NCBI GenBank assembly: GCA_951406725.2
Contig: OX597822.1
Coordinates: forward strand, 43,420,001 to 43,668,000
Reading direction: 5' to 3'
Length of the DNA stretch: 248,000 nucleotides
Source of the DNA: Octopus vulgaris
Taxonomy: Eukaryota
Position 1 is the stretch's first letter, and each line of letters begins with the position of its first letter. A model generated the notes under the pieces. The model did not search any database and had not been told where the DNA came from. It was given only the letters and a program-made list of their open reading frames with translations. This document shows, piece by piece, positions 1 through 14,156 of the stretch. The position numbers and the translations under genes are program-made.

Positions 1-590
1 GCGGTCGTCGGCATCTTCACCATCTCATCCGGCAGCTTATTCCATGGATCCGCAACCCGGACGGAGAAAGCCCCTCTCCTTCGATTGAGATGAAATCGTC
101 GCAGATAGAGCTTTTCGGAATGACCCCGCAGCCGACGCTCTGGAGCAGGAGTGAAGAACAGCTCCTTCGAGAGGTTACACTTTCCGCTTATGATGTTGTG
201 AGCAAGAATGAGATCACCACAGCGAGAATAAAGGTCGAGCGTCTTCAGCCTTTCTTCATAAGACAAATTCTTGAGACCAAGAACCATGCGGGTAGCCAGC
301 TTCTGGACTCTTTCGAGATGCTGTATGTCTTTGAGGAGATAAGGAGAAGAGGCTTGAATCCCGTACTCCAATATGGGTCTCACCAGCGTGACATAGAGCG
401 GTAGGAATATGGCTGCTGTGAGCATTCCGAATGATCGTCGAATCAAGAACAGAACTCCGCGTGGTTTGTTGGCAGCATGGACGCACTGGGCCGAAGGCGA
501 AAAGGTGGAATCCACCAAGATACCCAGGTCCTTTACCTGATCGGTCCTCAGGCGACAAACATGACGCCCATAGTTGGATACTCTCCATAG
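1..590 (-). mobile_element. CR1/L2-like LINE, 3' part of RT ORF (degenerate)
   Basis: Minus-strand translation gives HLEYGIQASSPYLLKDIQHLERVQKLATRMV...LSYEERLKTL...AFSVRVADPWNKLP, typical of the CR1-group post-RT region; runs off the window start. Confidence 0.75.
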
Positions 591-814
591 CGCTAGAGAG
601 AACGGCTTGTTTATAGCGCATAGTTATACTCACCGGCATGTTCTGCGTACTTTTTCATTCGGTTTTATAACCAAAAATGTATTAGCAGGCTTCCCAAAAG
701 ATATTGTTTGACATATTAGCCAAAAAATATGACATTCAAGGGAAGATGGGAAAAAATTGTAAATTTGTTTCATGCAATGTAATACACGTATAGATAAAGA
801 CACATACACATACG

Positions 815-881
<67 letters not shown>

Positions 882-995
882 ACACAAGCAGTGGCACACG
901 CTTACGCAAACATTCGCGAGATGAAATGAAAACACGAACTACTTACAGAAAAACCGAATCGATAAAAGTGCATGTATATATACATATATACATAT

Positions 996-1078
<83 letters not shown>

Positions 1079-1278
1079 CATATATAATAGAGATATAATA
1101 TATATATATATATATACATGTATTTATACATATATATATATAATATATATAAATAGATAGAAAGATACTATAAGTATGTATATGCTGACACAAATATATA
1201 ATCATAAATACATACATATTTATATATATTAAGTATACATATGTTATATATACATACTAACATACACACACACACACA

Positions 1279-1314
<36 letters not shown>

Positions 1315-1375
1315 TATATATATATATATATATATACATACATAGATATGTGGATGTATATATTTATACAATATG

Positions 1376-1410
<35 letters not shown>

Positions 1411-1576
1411 TATATATCTGTCTCTCTATATATCTAGATCTTCCTTTATGTATATAAAATCATATAATATGCCTACACATACAAACACATAATCATACTT
1501 GCATACAATGTGAGAGAACGAATGAATGGGAGTGTACGTACGAATAATGGAAAGATACATACATTAACAAGATATG

Positions 1577-1623
<47 letters not shown>

Positions 1624-2329
1624 GTGTTATGTGTGTGCGTGTGTGCGTGTGTGCGTGTGTGGATGTGTGTATGTATGTATATGTAAAGCGAAAGTGTATA
1701 CATTAAATTTCTCTATTGGCTGGATGTTGTTCAATACAGAACTAATATATAACAGGCACTGACTACAAATAACCCAACACACCACAGCCGTCGCCACCAC
1801 CACCACCACCATCAGTACCACCTCCAACACCAGCAACACTATCATCACTGCTACCACCACCACCACCAACCACAACGCCTACAACAATTACTACAACCTC
1901 TAAGCACAACACCAACACATACGCACACACACACGCACACACATCACCAAAGGCATTCCTCTATGATAAACAATTGTTTTCCTATTTACATAGCTCCGTA
2001 ATGACAGGAATATCTGACAGTATCTCAAAAATCTAATAACAAAAGGACGATCAAAATAAATTTTCATATATAACGACGACAACAACAAGAGCTACAACAA
2101 CAAGAACAAGAACAACATAATCGATAAGTACAACGGCAGTATCATTATTATCGACACAATCAATAACAAGAACAAGAAGATGATATAAAGAACAAGGCAA
2201 CGCTGGGTAGAAGGGAAAACTGTTTAAAAAGGAAGAAAATAAAATTGAAGGAAAATAAAAAAAATATACAAAACGGTTTGAACGGGATATAAATTTATAC
2301 TTGCTTGTTATATGAAAAACAGTCATTTT

Positions 2330-2395
<66 letters not shown>

Positions 2396-2396
<1 letters not shown>

Positions 2397-2580
2397 CCCC
2401 CCCTTTTTTTTAAACCCCCCTTTTTTTTGTCCTCTTTCTCTCCTTTTACGATCCCTTTTGATCGAAACTCCCCTTCCTTTTTTTTTTTTTTTTTTTTTCT
2501 TTCTTAAACCTTCAAAAGAAAAGCTCTACCTTGTAATTTGTTCTATCTGTGTGCAGCCCTGTGTGGCTAATAAAGAAACA
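2396..2580 (+). mobile_element. Tx1-family 3' UTR stub in (ATCT)n
   Basis: Ends cagccctgtgtggctaataaagaaaca like the Tx1 copy ending at 164171; (ATCT)n on both sides. Confidence 0.85.
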
Positions 2581-2679
<99 letters not shown>

Positions 2680-2949
2680 TCCATCTGTTTTTTCCCTATA
2701 TCTATATATCTACCTAGCCTTTTCTCTAATACATACATGCTTACACACACACGCATACACACACACACACACACACAGGGTACGATAGGTAAATTGTCGC
2801 CATATTATGTTTTTAATTTAAAGCATGCGCATTGTTTGTTTGTTTGATTTGGGCGACTACACGGTATAGTAGGGTCAGTTGGGCACGTCTGTGAGAAGAA
2901 CAGTACCAAGACGCAATTCAGTCTGCCAGAAATTTGGCAACGACATGCT

Positions 2950-3790
2950 GTAGTGCTTGGCATTCTCGCCATAATCTCCAATACGAACATTTCTAAGTAC
3001 TTGGTTGTCAATCTAAGGACTGTGTGGACGATTTGGAATGAGTTGGATGAGTTTAATAATGATTACGATGGTACGGTAGCTCGGAAAACTCATTCTGAAT
3101 TTGTTGGTGAGATCCTGACCATGATTGAAAATGATCCCTCCAAGTCAATCGAGTCCATCGCCAGGGACATGGGAGTGTCTGAGTATCTTATCAGAAGACA
3201 TTTGGTATTCATTATACGAGATGAGAAAGGATCGATTTTTATCGCAAGCCATCAAGGACAAGAGGAAAGTCCATGTTACGAAGCTTTTGAACAAATACAA
3301 GCATCCCCTCCAACTGAACATACTTTGGTTTGTTTCAGACGAGAAACATTTCTGCCAGGATCAGATGGTGATTACACAGAAAAAGGGTTGGCTTGCCGTG
3401 TCCCCTCAGACACAATACGGAAGCCTACATCAAGTGCCTGGAGGAGGTGGTGCTGTTCTACGTCAACAAAGTGGCTCCTGAAACACCATATGTCTGACAT
3501 CTGCACCATGCCAAAAGAAAGAGAACCCAGTCATGGCTGTGAGACAATTTCTGCAACCACATCACCCTTAATATCTGGCCACCCAATTCCCCAGACTTCA
3601 GCCTACTTGATTATTATGTGAAGGGCACAGTTGAGCAAGAGACCAACAAAACTCCTTGTAATACCAAAGATGAACTGAAGGCAAGGATTATGGCAGGATT
3701 CACCAACATAAACAAGGAGACCATCCAGAAGAGTTGCAGGAGATTCTGAAGTGGTCTGGAGGCCGTGGTTGAAGCCAATGGCGATTTTGT
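2950..3790 (+). mobile_element. Tc1/mariner (DD37D/maT-like) transposase remnant
   Basis: HTH-like IENDPSKSIESIARDMGVSEYLIRR, then ILWFVSDEK and WPPNSPDFSLLDYYV in shifting frames. Confidence 0.75.
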
Positions 3791-3918
3791 TTAATAAAGT
3801 TACTCTTTAGTATTTCAAGATGTTTTTATATAATTTTGGTAAATATTTCTGTTAAAATGAGATGTCAGTGTTATTTTCATTTCTGCGCAATTGATAGGAC
3901 AACTTATTCACTGCAACT

Positions 3919-3968
<50 letters not shown>

Positions 3969-3969
<1 letters not shown>

Positions 3970-4360
3970 TAGCAGTATCGCCCGGCGTTGCTCGGGTTTG
4001 TAAGGGAAATAACTATATAAGTATTTTTAGAGATGTAAAATATAATAGCCATCTCAATATGGTTAACCACAAAGGGGGGGTGTTACTGTAGCTTTTTAGG
4101 TTCTGAGATTTAATCATAAATTTTTAGAGTTACTTCCCTTATACATGCCAAAAATGCATTAAAAATGGGAAAAATTGATGGTATTTTTTTTTAAATCGTA
4201 GACTCATCGTAGACGCGCGCTAATACCCAGAAGGGCTCGATATGAATCATGACTATAAGATACCCGGTTTTGGTTAAACTGCACCGCAAAATATGGGAGT
4301 AGTTAGGAATCTAAATCGTAGGAGACAGACAGCACACAACCTCACTTTTATATATAAAGA
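3969..4360 (-). mobile_element. Non-autonomous Helitron, family A
   Basis: 5' TCTTTATATATA; 3' hairpin CCCGAGCAACGCCGGG then CGATACTGCTAG; several copies in the window. Confidence 0.8.
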
Positions 4361-4419
4361 AGTCATACATACATATACATACAAACATGCATACATACAC
4401 ACACACACACACACACACA

Positions 4420-4600
4420 CATACTCACCCCCCACACACACACACATATAGATAACGGGCTTCTTTCAGTCTTTGTTTACCAAATACACTCACAAGGCTT
4501 TGGTCGGCTCGAAGTTATAATGGAAAACACTTGTACAAGGTGCCACGCAGTGGCACTGAACCCGGAACCATGTGACTGGGAAGCAAGGTACCACACAGAC
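4420..4600 (-). mobile_element. tRNA-derived SINE with CORE-like motif (head)
   Basis: Diverged match to the repeated head ggctgtgtggtaagtagcttgc...caccttgggcaagtgtcttc...gaaagaagcccgtcg. Confidence 0.75.
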
Positions 4601-4830
4601 ACAACCAGTATATATATATATTTATACGTATATTTATCCGAATATTCTGCATAAATATATTCTTTTTGTGGATCAATAATGCAAACCATTGGTTTTACGC
4701 GGAAATTTCTCCACCGTTTCTAGCGTTTCACTTAACAATATTGGCAATGGGCCTTCCTGTCGGATGAAAAAAAAATACACGCACGTCAGATGAAAAATAA
4801 TGCGAGCGCACTTCTCTCTCTCTCTCTATG

Positions 4831-4924
<94 letters not shown>

Positions 4925-5089
4925 TATATATATACACACACATATATATAAATATATATATATATATACAGTTCTATATTTAAGAGATGGGGAATTATGT
5001 ATAGTATTTACCTTATTTACATTTAACGGATATATATATATATGTATATATATATATAAAATGTGACCGCGTGTGTACCGTTGGCAATT

Positions 5090-5244
5090 TTTTTCCTCTG
5101 TCTTCCCTTTTCTGGATCTTTCTCTGGATGTTACCGACGAAGAGCTCCGCTCGAAACGTTTCCTTCTTTCCTGAGCGTCCAATAATACTATATTTGTTCC
5201 ACGTCCTCGCGTTGTTGTGTTTTTTTGTGATTTCATGTTTGGAT

Positions 5245-5270
<26 letters not shown>
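5090..5270 (+). mobile_element. PLE-type terminal fragment with hammerhead-like core
   Basis: CCGACGA-a-gagc-tcc-gctc-GAAACGTT at 5134-5160; reverse-complement homologue at 247830-248000; abuts (TA)n. Confidence 0.65.
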
Positions 5271-5289
<19 letters not shown>

Positions 5290-5290
<1 letters not shown>

Positions 5291-5460
5291 AATTTTATAG
5301 GAAGACAAAAGACAAAGACAGGTGTATAAACAACAAACAGGTGTATTAGTTTGACTTTCGGGAGGGTGAGAAATTGTTTTAAGTTTCGAGCCTAGGCTCT
5401 TCAACAGAAAGGAGAATATAAACAGAGGGGGAATATAAAAAAAAAAAAATTGGCGCTAGC
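5290..5460 (-). mobile_element. PLE-type fragment with A6U hammerhead-like core
   Basis: Minus strand cttt-CTGTTGA-a-gagc-ctag-gctc-GAAAC; same motif as at 111621 beside a Penelope ORF. Confidence 0.6.
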
Positions 5461-5784
5461 TGTCAACATGTGTGTTTGTGTACATGTATTAAATTTGCGT
5501 TAAACCGTGCTAATGTGAAGGAAGGGTGTCTGTTTTAATCGAGCATTTGCGTTAGCCGATGCTAGTAGTAAATACGATGCTGGACACTTACATTATGCAA
5601 ATTAGTTGTTCCACTTTTCTGTATCTAGTGTACCTGTTGAGTATATAAGCAAATTGGCTGCTTACTTCTCTGATTTTGGTCAAATGATGCAGATGCCTCT
5701 GATGAGAATCCAATAAGATTCAAAATTCAATTAAGGGTCTTAATTAATTACTTTTCACTCTAGGGATAAACAGCTTAATTCTTA

Positions 5785-6177
5785 TTTCTTTCCTGCCCAC
5801 AAGGGCCTACACACAGATGGGACAAACGGATTAAGTCGTTTATATCGACCCCAGTGCGAAACTGGTACTTATTTAATCGACCCCGAAAGGATGAAAGGCA
5901 AAGTCGACCTCGGCGGAATTTTAACTCAGAACGTAACGACAGACGAAATACCTATTTCTTTATTACCCACAAGGGGCTAAACATAGAGGGGACAAACAAG
6001 GATAGACATAGGTATTAAGTCGATTACATCGACCCCAGTGCGTAACTAGTACTTAATTTATTGACCCCGAAAGGATGAAAGGCAAAGTCGACCTCGGCGG
6101 AATTTGAACTCAGAACGTAGCGGCAGATGAAATACCGCTAAGCATTTCGTCCGGCGTGCTAACGTTCTGCCAGCCCT
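5785..6177 (-). mobile_element. tRNA-derived SINE with Meta/Sauria-like central domain (dimeric)
   Basis: Repeated motif gagttcaaattccgccgaggtcgactttgcctttcatcctttcggggtcgataaattaagtacc occurs twice. Confidence 0.8.
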
Positions 6178-8339
6178 TCTTATTGAAGTACTATATAGGT
6201 TAGATATATTTATATTTGTGTGTGTAAGTGTGTGATTATATATATACCTGAGCTTAACATGTTATATAATAACATTATTGAAAATGCTATACGCATCATA
6301 TAACTCTATAAATTTTATAAACAATATGAAAAACAAATATGTTTCGGTGGGGTGCTGCATACCCCGGGCTCACGTAAGAGTAAAATAAAATTTAATTCAA
6401 TAAACATATTCTCAGGCGAATTCATATTTCAACAAAATGACATCAAGAGTTATTTCCCTGCTTGTCGTTTATGCATATGCAACAAAGAAAAAAAATCATT
6501 TTAACTCACCCGTCCGCCAGCTTTGAAGATAAACAAACCAAAATAATGAGTTGGAGCAACTCACCCAATGAGCATTTCTGCCAAGTTTGGTGAAAATCCG
6601 CTCAGCCGTTTTCCAGCAATTTTGAAAACACACAGACAAAGACGAGGAACTACAGTATCCTGCTATCGCTTACGCGCGCAGTGTAATTATATAGCATTGC
6701 AGTATAAACAAATTTTTTGATGTGAATAACGTGAAATATCAATTTCCTTTCCCTATTGTAGGACTGACATGAGCTTGTCGGATTAAGGTAGATGTATTAA
6801 TTCGCAGACTTGTTTTTACCAGTTCATAATGCTTCTGCAGTGGTCCCTTAGACTCACTGCGGTCTAAGGTGACTCAAGTAGGGCTGAATTAACAGTAGGT
6901 GAGGCATCATTACCTTTCCCCTGTCTTCTGATGCGTGCAATCAAAATACATTTCAACGAATCTTTTAAAATCTCTTCTACTTCCAAAGTGTACGGAAGAT
7001 TTTTTTCAACCATTGGCTAAAGTTTTTCTCATTACATAATGTTCGTAAGCTGAACGAAGCAGACTTGAATAATTGTTTGCGTGTGGCTTCATTGTGGCTA
7101 GGATGTTGTTGCTCTCAAGATCTTAAGATCGAGATTTTGATCACCAGACTGGGCGTTGTATTGTGGTCTTCAGCAAACACATCATTTCAAGCTGGCTCAG
7201 TCCACTCTGTAGTAAATGAGTAACTCTGCGGCAGACGAAATCCTATCATCTTCCGCTGAAGGTGGGGGGGAGGCTGTGATTTCCATCACTTAATTGTCAT
7301 GGAGACTGGGTGACCGGCCATATGAGTCCTGAGACACAAGACAATAATGACCAGGGGACGATGATGAAGAAGGACGAGCCAAGTTATAGACGACGGATTG
7401 ATGTAATTTGCTTTCAATTCAATATAAGACATCCCCCGAAAATAAGCCCTAATGCGCTTTGGGGATGCAAAATTAATATAAGACCGGGTCTTATTTTCGG
7501 GCAAACACGGTATACCAGTTTAGTAGGTGACGTTCTATAAAACAACTTAACTTCCGGTGCCTCGTAACTTTTCTTCGCATTTCTCTGGTTAAATGCAATA
7601 TTAAAGACTTTCAACAACACATATGCATTAAGTGTGACACACGGATTGCCTGTTTGAACTAATATTGCTTTCGTCGCTAATAACAAATTTCTTATTCAGC
7701 CTAGCGGATAAATGCGACATCAATGACCTTTCAGTCACTGCTTAGCTATATCAGCCAGTAACCAATTTTCGTTTAGTAAGCGACACCAGTAGATACTTAG
7801 GGAAGCAGAAATCCGGATTTAGCAACTCTACAACCGCCGTTTGTACCTTTTCACACTATATTGTCTTATAAGAGAACGCTTTTCTTGAGACAGATACCGC
7901 ATTTTAGAAAGCGTTGCACAGACACATACACACACAAACACACACACACACGCACACACACACACACACGCGCGCGCATACAGACATACATATGTATGTG
8001 TGTATATGAATTTGTGTTGCAAGATTCCTTATGTGAAGACGTGTGTTGAAACAGATATTGTTGTATTTCGGAACGGTCCTTTTTTTTCTTTGCCAAATAC
8101 ACACACGCACTATATATTCATTCTTCACTCGTTTATTACTGACCTTATTCTAACTCATGTCCAGTGTGCGGAAAATTTCGTCACACATCTGTGACCACCT
8201 CAGTGACACTTTCCGTTTTCGTTTGTGCTTATTCCATATATATATATATGATTGATTGATTGATTGATTGATTGATTCTAGTTTCAGCTCACGAGCTGTG
8301 GCCATGCTGGGGCACCGCCATTTGGTGTTGCTACATGGT

Positions 8340-8925
8340 TTTACTTCACGAATGCTTTTTAGCAACTGCTATTTGGTGCATGAGAGAGTTCGATGCAGCT
8401 GCCCTCATCTGCACCTCCTGCCGTGAAGTTGGTTCATCTGGGATACCTGACAAGAAGAGATCCAGTTTCATTTTAAAGAAATCTGCATCCACCCCACGCA
8501 GGTCTCTTAGGTTCTTCGGGAGGATATTGAAGAGCTGTGGGCCTCGGAAGCCCAGGCTATCACAGTATCTTGTCCTACATCTTGATGGCAAATTTGGAGT
8601 CCTAGGCACCACGCAGTGGCGCCCAGTTCTGGCATTTGTGTAACTCTCGATGCCAAAGTTTGGGACAAGTCCCCCCAGTATCTTCCAGATGTATATCATG
8701 GCATATCTCTCTCGCCTACGCTCCAAGGAATAGAGTTTTAATCTCTTGAGTCTTTCCCAGTAGCTTATATTCTGCACAGAGGCTATCTTCTTCGTGTAGC
8801 TACGTTGGATCGCCTCAAGTTCTGTGATCAACTTGACACTGGATGGTGACCATAGCTGAGAGCAATAGTCAAAGTGGCTTAGGACAAGTGTCCTCCAGAG
8901 GACCATCATGGTTTCTTGTTCTCTT
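8340..8925 (-). mobile_element. CR1/L2-like LINE 3' ORF2 fragment
   Basis: ORF 8346-8909: LVLSHFDYCSQLWSP...LKLYSLERRRER...GPQLFNILP...FKMKLDLFL. Confidence 0.9.
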
Positions 8926-8959
8926 GTTCTATATATATGTGTGTATGTATAGTCATACG

Positions 8960-9119
8960 CACAGGAGTGGCTGTGTGGTAAGTAGCTTGCTTACCAACCA
9001 CATGGTTCCGGGATCAGTCCCACAGCGTGACACCTTGGGCAAGTGTCTTGTATTATAGCCTCGGGCCGACCAAAGCCTTGTGAGTGGATTTGGTAGACGG
9101 AAACTGAAAGAAGCCCGTC

Positions 9120-9120
<1 letters not shown>
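8960..9120 (+). mobile_element. CORE-like SINE head
   Basis: gcacaggagtggctgtgtggtaagtagc...caccttgggcaagtgtc...gaagcccgtcg followed by (TA)n. Confidence 0.85.
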
Positions 9121-9154
<34 letters not shown>

Positions 9155-9712
9155 TATATAAAGAGACGTGACTTCGATGCTGCGGTCTGTGAGTCTTCGG
9201 TGGATTAGTTTGCCGGCCGAACCTTCCGAGTCAATATGACACCCTTCTTTGTGTAAAGGTATCATAAGTATATATTTTACAAAAAGGTATTGAATAATAC
9301 ATCAGTCTAAAGTTCAATTGTTTTAATATAATTCGACATATGGCCGTGACTGGCAGAAGAATTAGAACGACGGACAAAATATTTCCCGTCAATTCATTCG
9401 CACTTACGATCTGACCGGAGAATTCGAGAACCCAATACACTAACCAATAGACTACGCGCCATGCATTCATATATGTGTTCGATACATACATGCATACATG
9501 CATACATACATTCATACATACATACATGCATGCATATGTATATATATATATATATATATATACAACCACACACATACATAGACACACAGACACACATATA
9601 TTTCACCATATATATATGTGCGTGTGTGTGTAAACGTGTGCGGTATGTGCGTGTGTGTTTGCATACATAACGATATTGCATCGTGTGTGTGTATATAAAT
9701 ATATACATAACA

Positions 9713-9750
<38 letters not shown>

Positions 9751-9802
9751 ATACAGATACACATACACATATATATATATACATGCATACATACATATAT
9801 TC

Positions 9803-9866
<64 letters not shown>

Positions 9867-10549
9867 CACTACGTTTTAATGCTTGCCAAACTGTTTTCTA
9901 TCTGAAAGTCTAATCTTTATTAGTTATTACATAAAATATTTATAACATATTAATAGCATTTCGGCATATTTAGTGTCGTGCTGTGAAATAATAATTACTA
10001 AAGGGTTGTAACCTCATATATATATATATATATATATATATTTATTATCATTATTTCTGGTGGGGTGGAAGTGGGTGTTATAGAGTGCGGCCGACCGTTA
10101 GATGGCAGCAGCGTGATATGCTTAAAGACTTTCATTTTTCTTTCTGTTTTTCGTCAGACTTGCGTGTGATTGTCACATTTTTTTTCTAAGTACGACCAAC
10201 CGTCATTCGCGTGTGAATATGGCTTGTTGACATGCACCCAGAGTATCATGCAATTTTTTTTTTTTTTTTCGATTTTGATTTCCTTCCGATTATCTCATCA
10301 TCTACATCAGTGGTTCTCTACCAGAGTCCATACGGCCCTTAGGGGTCGACAGAAGATTTTGTTTGTTAAAAATTATATGCAAGAAATTGTTTATACTTCT
10401 ACAACCCACAAAATATTTCAACAATTTTTTTTTAATACAGTATCTAATAATATTAATTATAAGGTGGCGAGCTGGCAGAAACGTTAGCACGTCGGGCGAA
10501 ATGTTTAGCGGTATTTAGTCTGCTGCTACGTTCTGAGTTCAAATTTAAT

Positions 10550-12395
10550 GGTATGAAATGAATATAAAAGTATGAATGAGGGAAACGAACGGCGCCCGCC
10601 GATCGCCAGCCTCTTTCACTATTTTCCGCTCAGCCGGCATCCGACCAAGCTCAAAGCTACACTTAAGCACACCGATAGTGCCAGGTCAGGGCGCCTTAAT
10701 CGGAAGCGGAATACATCTTCTGGGAGGGAGTTTATTACCTTGAAAAGATCCATATCTGAGTTGACCTCCACATCCACCTGCGGAAGCCATCCAGGATCTT
10801 TAATGCAGGTTATGTCTCCTCCCCTAGCAAACTTTTTAGTAAACTTTCCCACCGCCTCTTCCCTGTGGAAGAAGACCAAAAATTCTTCCTCCACATGGGT
10901 CGAGGCCATAACTTCCACCGTCGGTGTCACAAATTCCCACCGGCAGGTCTTCGGAACATTCCGGCAGTGTATTAACCGCCGGCACTGCCCCGTTTTTCTT
11001 CTTTTCTTCCCCTTTGCTACGAGAGGGTGTAGTTCATCCGCTTTAACCGGATGATCTTCCCTCCCGCAGTCTTGGGGTCCTTGGGTGGACAACCATTGTT
11101 GTCCACCTTTTTCCTTTTTTTCCCCTTTTTTTCGGGAAGGTATCCACTGCCTCCATCTCTCCCTCCGAAAGAGTCGGTGGAGGTTCTTCCATAACTAATT
11201 GTTCCAGGACCGTACCTTGGTCCTGGAGAGAGCTCTTTTTAATGTGGCCTGATTCCAGGCACAGGTGACACTTGGAGTGGGGGGCGTCCCCCAAGAATCA
11301 CCGGATACCTACAACCATTTTAAGAAAATCTGGAAACACCAGATTCTTGGCTGATTGGGTCCACAGGGTCAAAACAACTTTTGACCCCACCCAATCAGCC
11401 GCAGGCATAATTTTGACACTGAGGAGCTTGGCTCCGCAGGCACCCAGAGCCCGGCGGGTAGCGTCTTCTGTCCACTCGGGTTCTATACCGGGTGACAACC
11501 CGCAGACCCAAGCCTTTGTCAACTTCTTCCCACAATACGTGTAAAGAAACAATATATCTTCGCCCTCTAAGGGCTGACTTGCAAAATTGCGAGCTTCTCC
11601 ACGAGTGTCAAATAGCGACCACACCGTCGCATATTTGACACCCATGGAAATAAATTTTATAGTTGGTATGTATTCCGCCAACTCTCTCTATATATCAATC
11701 TTTTTGAAGTGGGTGATGGAGTACATCCGCAGCACCACCGTCCTCTCCTCAAGACTTTTTATGTCTGGGTAGGGCAATTTCTCACTCCAATACATTATCA
11801 GCTTTCTTTGCCATGTTTTTAAGTTCAAAAAAGTCAAACACAAGTTCAAAAAAGTTTGAAGAAAAAAGAAGACGGAAGAATGAAGGAAGACAATTCAAAA
11901 CACAGCAGAATTCAATAAAGCACAATTCCGGCCGACAGTACTCCTGGCTTAGGGTAATCCACTAGCAGGAACAGAACTCCATAAATTGGTACAATTGCAC
12001 GAATTTCACAACTTTTCGGTAAAATCCACAAATTTCACAATTTTTGGTACAATTCCACGAATTTCACAACTTTTTCTTAAAATCCACAAATTTCACAACT
12101 TTTGGTAAAATTCCACGAATTTCACAAATTCTTTTGGAGGTAAGACACGCCCCCAAAACAACAATTCTCACACAAAGTGAGTCACTTAGCGCGACTGCAA
12201 GCAGACAAATGTCCGCGACCCAGTGAGGATTTCTTATTTGCAAAAAGAAAAACAATATCAAATAACAAAACCCCGCTAAATCCACCCCGCAAAAGCCTAC
12301 CTTACAGTAGCGCCTTCAACGTTCTTCAATTCAAGAGCGCTGCGAAAGCAACGTCTTGAAAATACCAGTGTAGCAGTAACTGACTAACGCATGTG
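10550..12395 (-). mobile_element. Tx1-like LINE 5' UTR + ORF1 (gag-like) without ORF2
   Basis: ORFs 11298-11681, 11043-11294 and 10619-11092 resemble ORF1 at 138633 and include a knuckle CHLCLESGHIKKS; no EN/RT follows. Confidence 0.65.
11985..12130. repeat. ~30-bp tandem repeat x5 in putative LINE 5' UTR
   Basis: Reiterated ccacgaatttcacaactttt(t)ggtaaaat unit. Confidence 0.8.
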
Positions 12396-12619
12396 CAGTA
12401 AGTGAGCTACTTACCACACAGCCACTCTTGCTAGTATACTTATAGTTTTTCTCTATCGGTTTCTTTCTATCCCAAGCTTATCCTTGAATTGTGCGGTCTA
12501 TTTACTCCTTAGGCAGGTTTAGGGGTTTACAAGGTATCAAGATGTGTTACTACACTGGTGGGCTTGAGCAACTTAATTCAAGAAATCAGCTCTCCAACTT
12601 CTGTACACATAAGCGTTAG

Positions 12620-12910
12620 TGAAGGCGCGTGGCTTAGTTGTTAGAGCATTCGGTTCACGATCGTAAAGCCGTGAGTTCGATTCCCGGGGGTGCATTGTGT
12701 CCTTGGGCAAAACTCTTTATTGCTCCGGTCCACTCAATTGGTAAAATGAGCCTTGTCACATTCTGTGTCACTCTGAATCTCTTTGAGAACGGCGTTAAGG
12801 ATACGCATGTCTGTGGAATACTCAGTCACTTGCAGGTCAATTTCACGAATAGGTTATTCCATTTATCGAATCAACTAGAACCTTCGTCATCGTAACCGAC
12901 CGAGTGCCAC
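12620..12910 (+). mobile_element. tRNA-derived SINE (head gaaggcgcgtggcttagt..., shared gtcacgctgaat-type tail)
   Basis: A-box tggcttagttgttagagc, B-box gagttcgattccc; tail ...cgtaaccgac shared with the 21623 family. Confidence 0.7.
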
Positions 12911-13018
12911 TTAGTTTTGCTATTTGACCGATAAGTGGGGCATTTCACAAGTTATAAAACCCCAGGATAAAAAAGACCCAACGTGAGTGATATCCAAATG
13001 ATTCAACTCCCTAGATGG

Positions 13019-13430
13019 AGGGCGGCGAGCTGGCAGAAACGTTAGCATGCAGGGTGAAATGGTTAGCGGTATTTCATGTCTTACGTTCTGAGTTCAAAGC
13101 CGTGGTCGGCTTTGCCTTTCATCCTTTCGGGGTCGATAAATTAAGTACTAGTTGTACACTGGGGTCGATGTAATCGACTTAATCCCTGTGTCTGTCTTTG
13201 ATTGTCCCCTCTATGCGCAATAAAGAAATAAGAATCGTTAGCACGCAGGGTGAAATGCTTAGCGGTATTTCGTATGTCTTACGTTCTGAGTTCAAATTCC
13301 GCCAAGGTCGACTTTGCCTTTCATCCTTTCAGGGTTGATAAATCAAGTGCCAGTTGCGTACTGTGGTCGATCTAATCGATTTGTTCCCCTTCCCCAAAAT
13401 TTCGGGCCTTGTGCCTAGCGTATAAAAAAC
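13019..13430 (+). mobile_element. Meta-type SINE (dimeric)
   Basis: agggcggcgagctggcagaaacgttagc head and duplicated core. Confidence 0.8.
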
Positions 13431-14116
13431 TCCCTAGATGGAACCATAACACCGAGTGCAGTTTCATAATTTACCCAGGACAACATTTCAGAAATGCGTT
13501 ATCTAAATGTATACTGAATAAAATTACGTTAAATCAACGTCGTTGATGTTGTTGACTGTATCTTTAAGAATCTGACTCTCCCTTCCTTATATCACTGTAA
13601 TGCTCTTCCTCCACTACATTCGTTCATGTCTGTCTGTCTGTATGTCTCTCTCTCTCACCCTGCCCCTCTATACCCCTCTCTCTATCTATCTGTCTGTGTC
13701 TGTGTGTGTGTCTGTATGTCTGTCTGTATCTCCATCTAGCTATGTATCTATCTGTGTGTCTGTCTCTCTCTCCCTCTTTCTCATCTCTCACTATTTGTCT
13801 CTCTCTCTCTCCATCTATCTATCTGTTTGTTTTTTCTTTCTGTCTGTTCAATACCCAGCCCCGCCACTCATTCTCTCTCTATGGGATTCAAGTATTGTTC
13901 TCCATTTCAGTTTTGCGTTCATATTCCTCATTATTTGATAAACTACCCTTATTCTTCTATTCTTCTATTCTTCTATTCTTCTAATCTTTTATTCTCATTA
14001 ACCACCCTACCACCAGTAGCCATTTCCCATCCACTTTTTCACAAACGTGCTTTCTCTACTCACCCCATTCTACATTCTGCTTCCACTTCCTTCCCTTTCT
14101 ACTTCCAGCATCGCAT

Positions 14117-14156
<40 letters not shown>

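Noticed and set aside
6830-7515. pogo/Tigger transposase remnant
   Set aside because: Only a TIR-like end (cttattttcgggcaaacacggta) is suggestive; the coding part could not be supported.
12620-12690. tRNA gene (also the heads at 21623 and 241110)
   Set aside because: A/B boxes are present but the cloverleaf is incomplete and each head continues into a multicopy SINE body.
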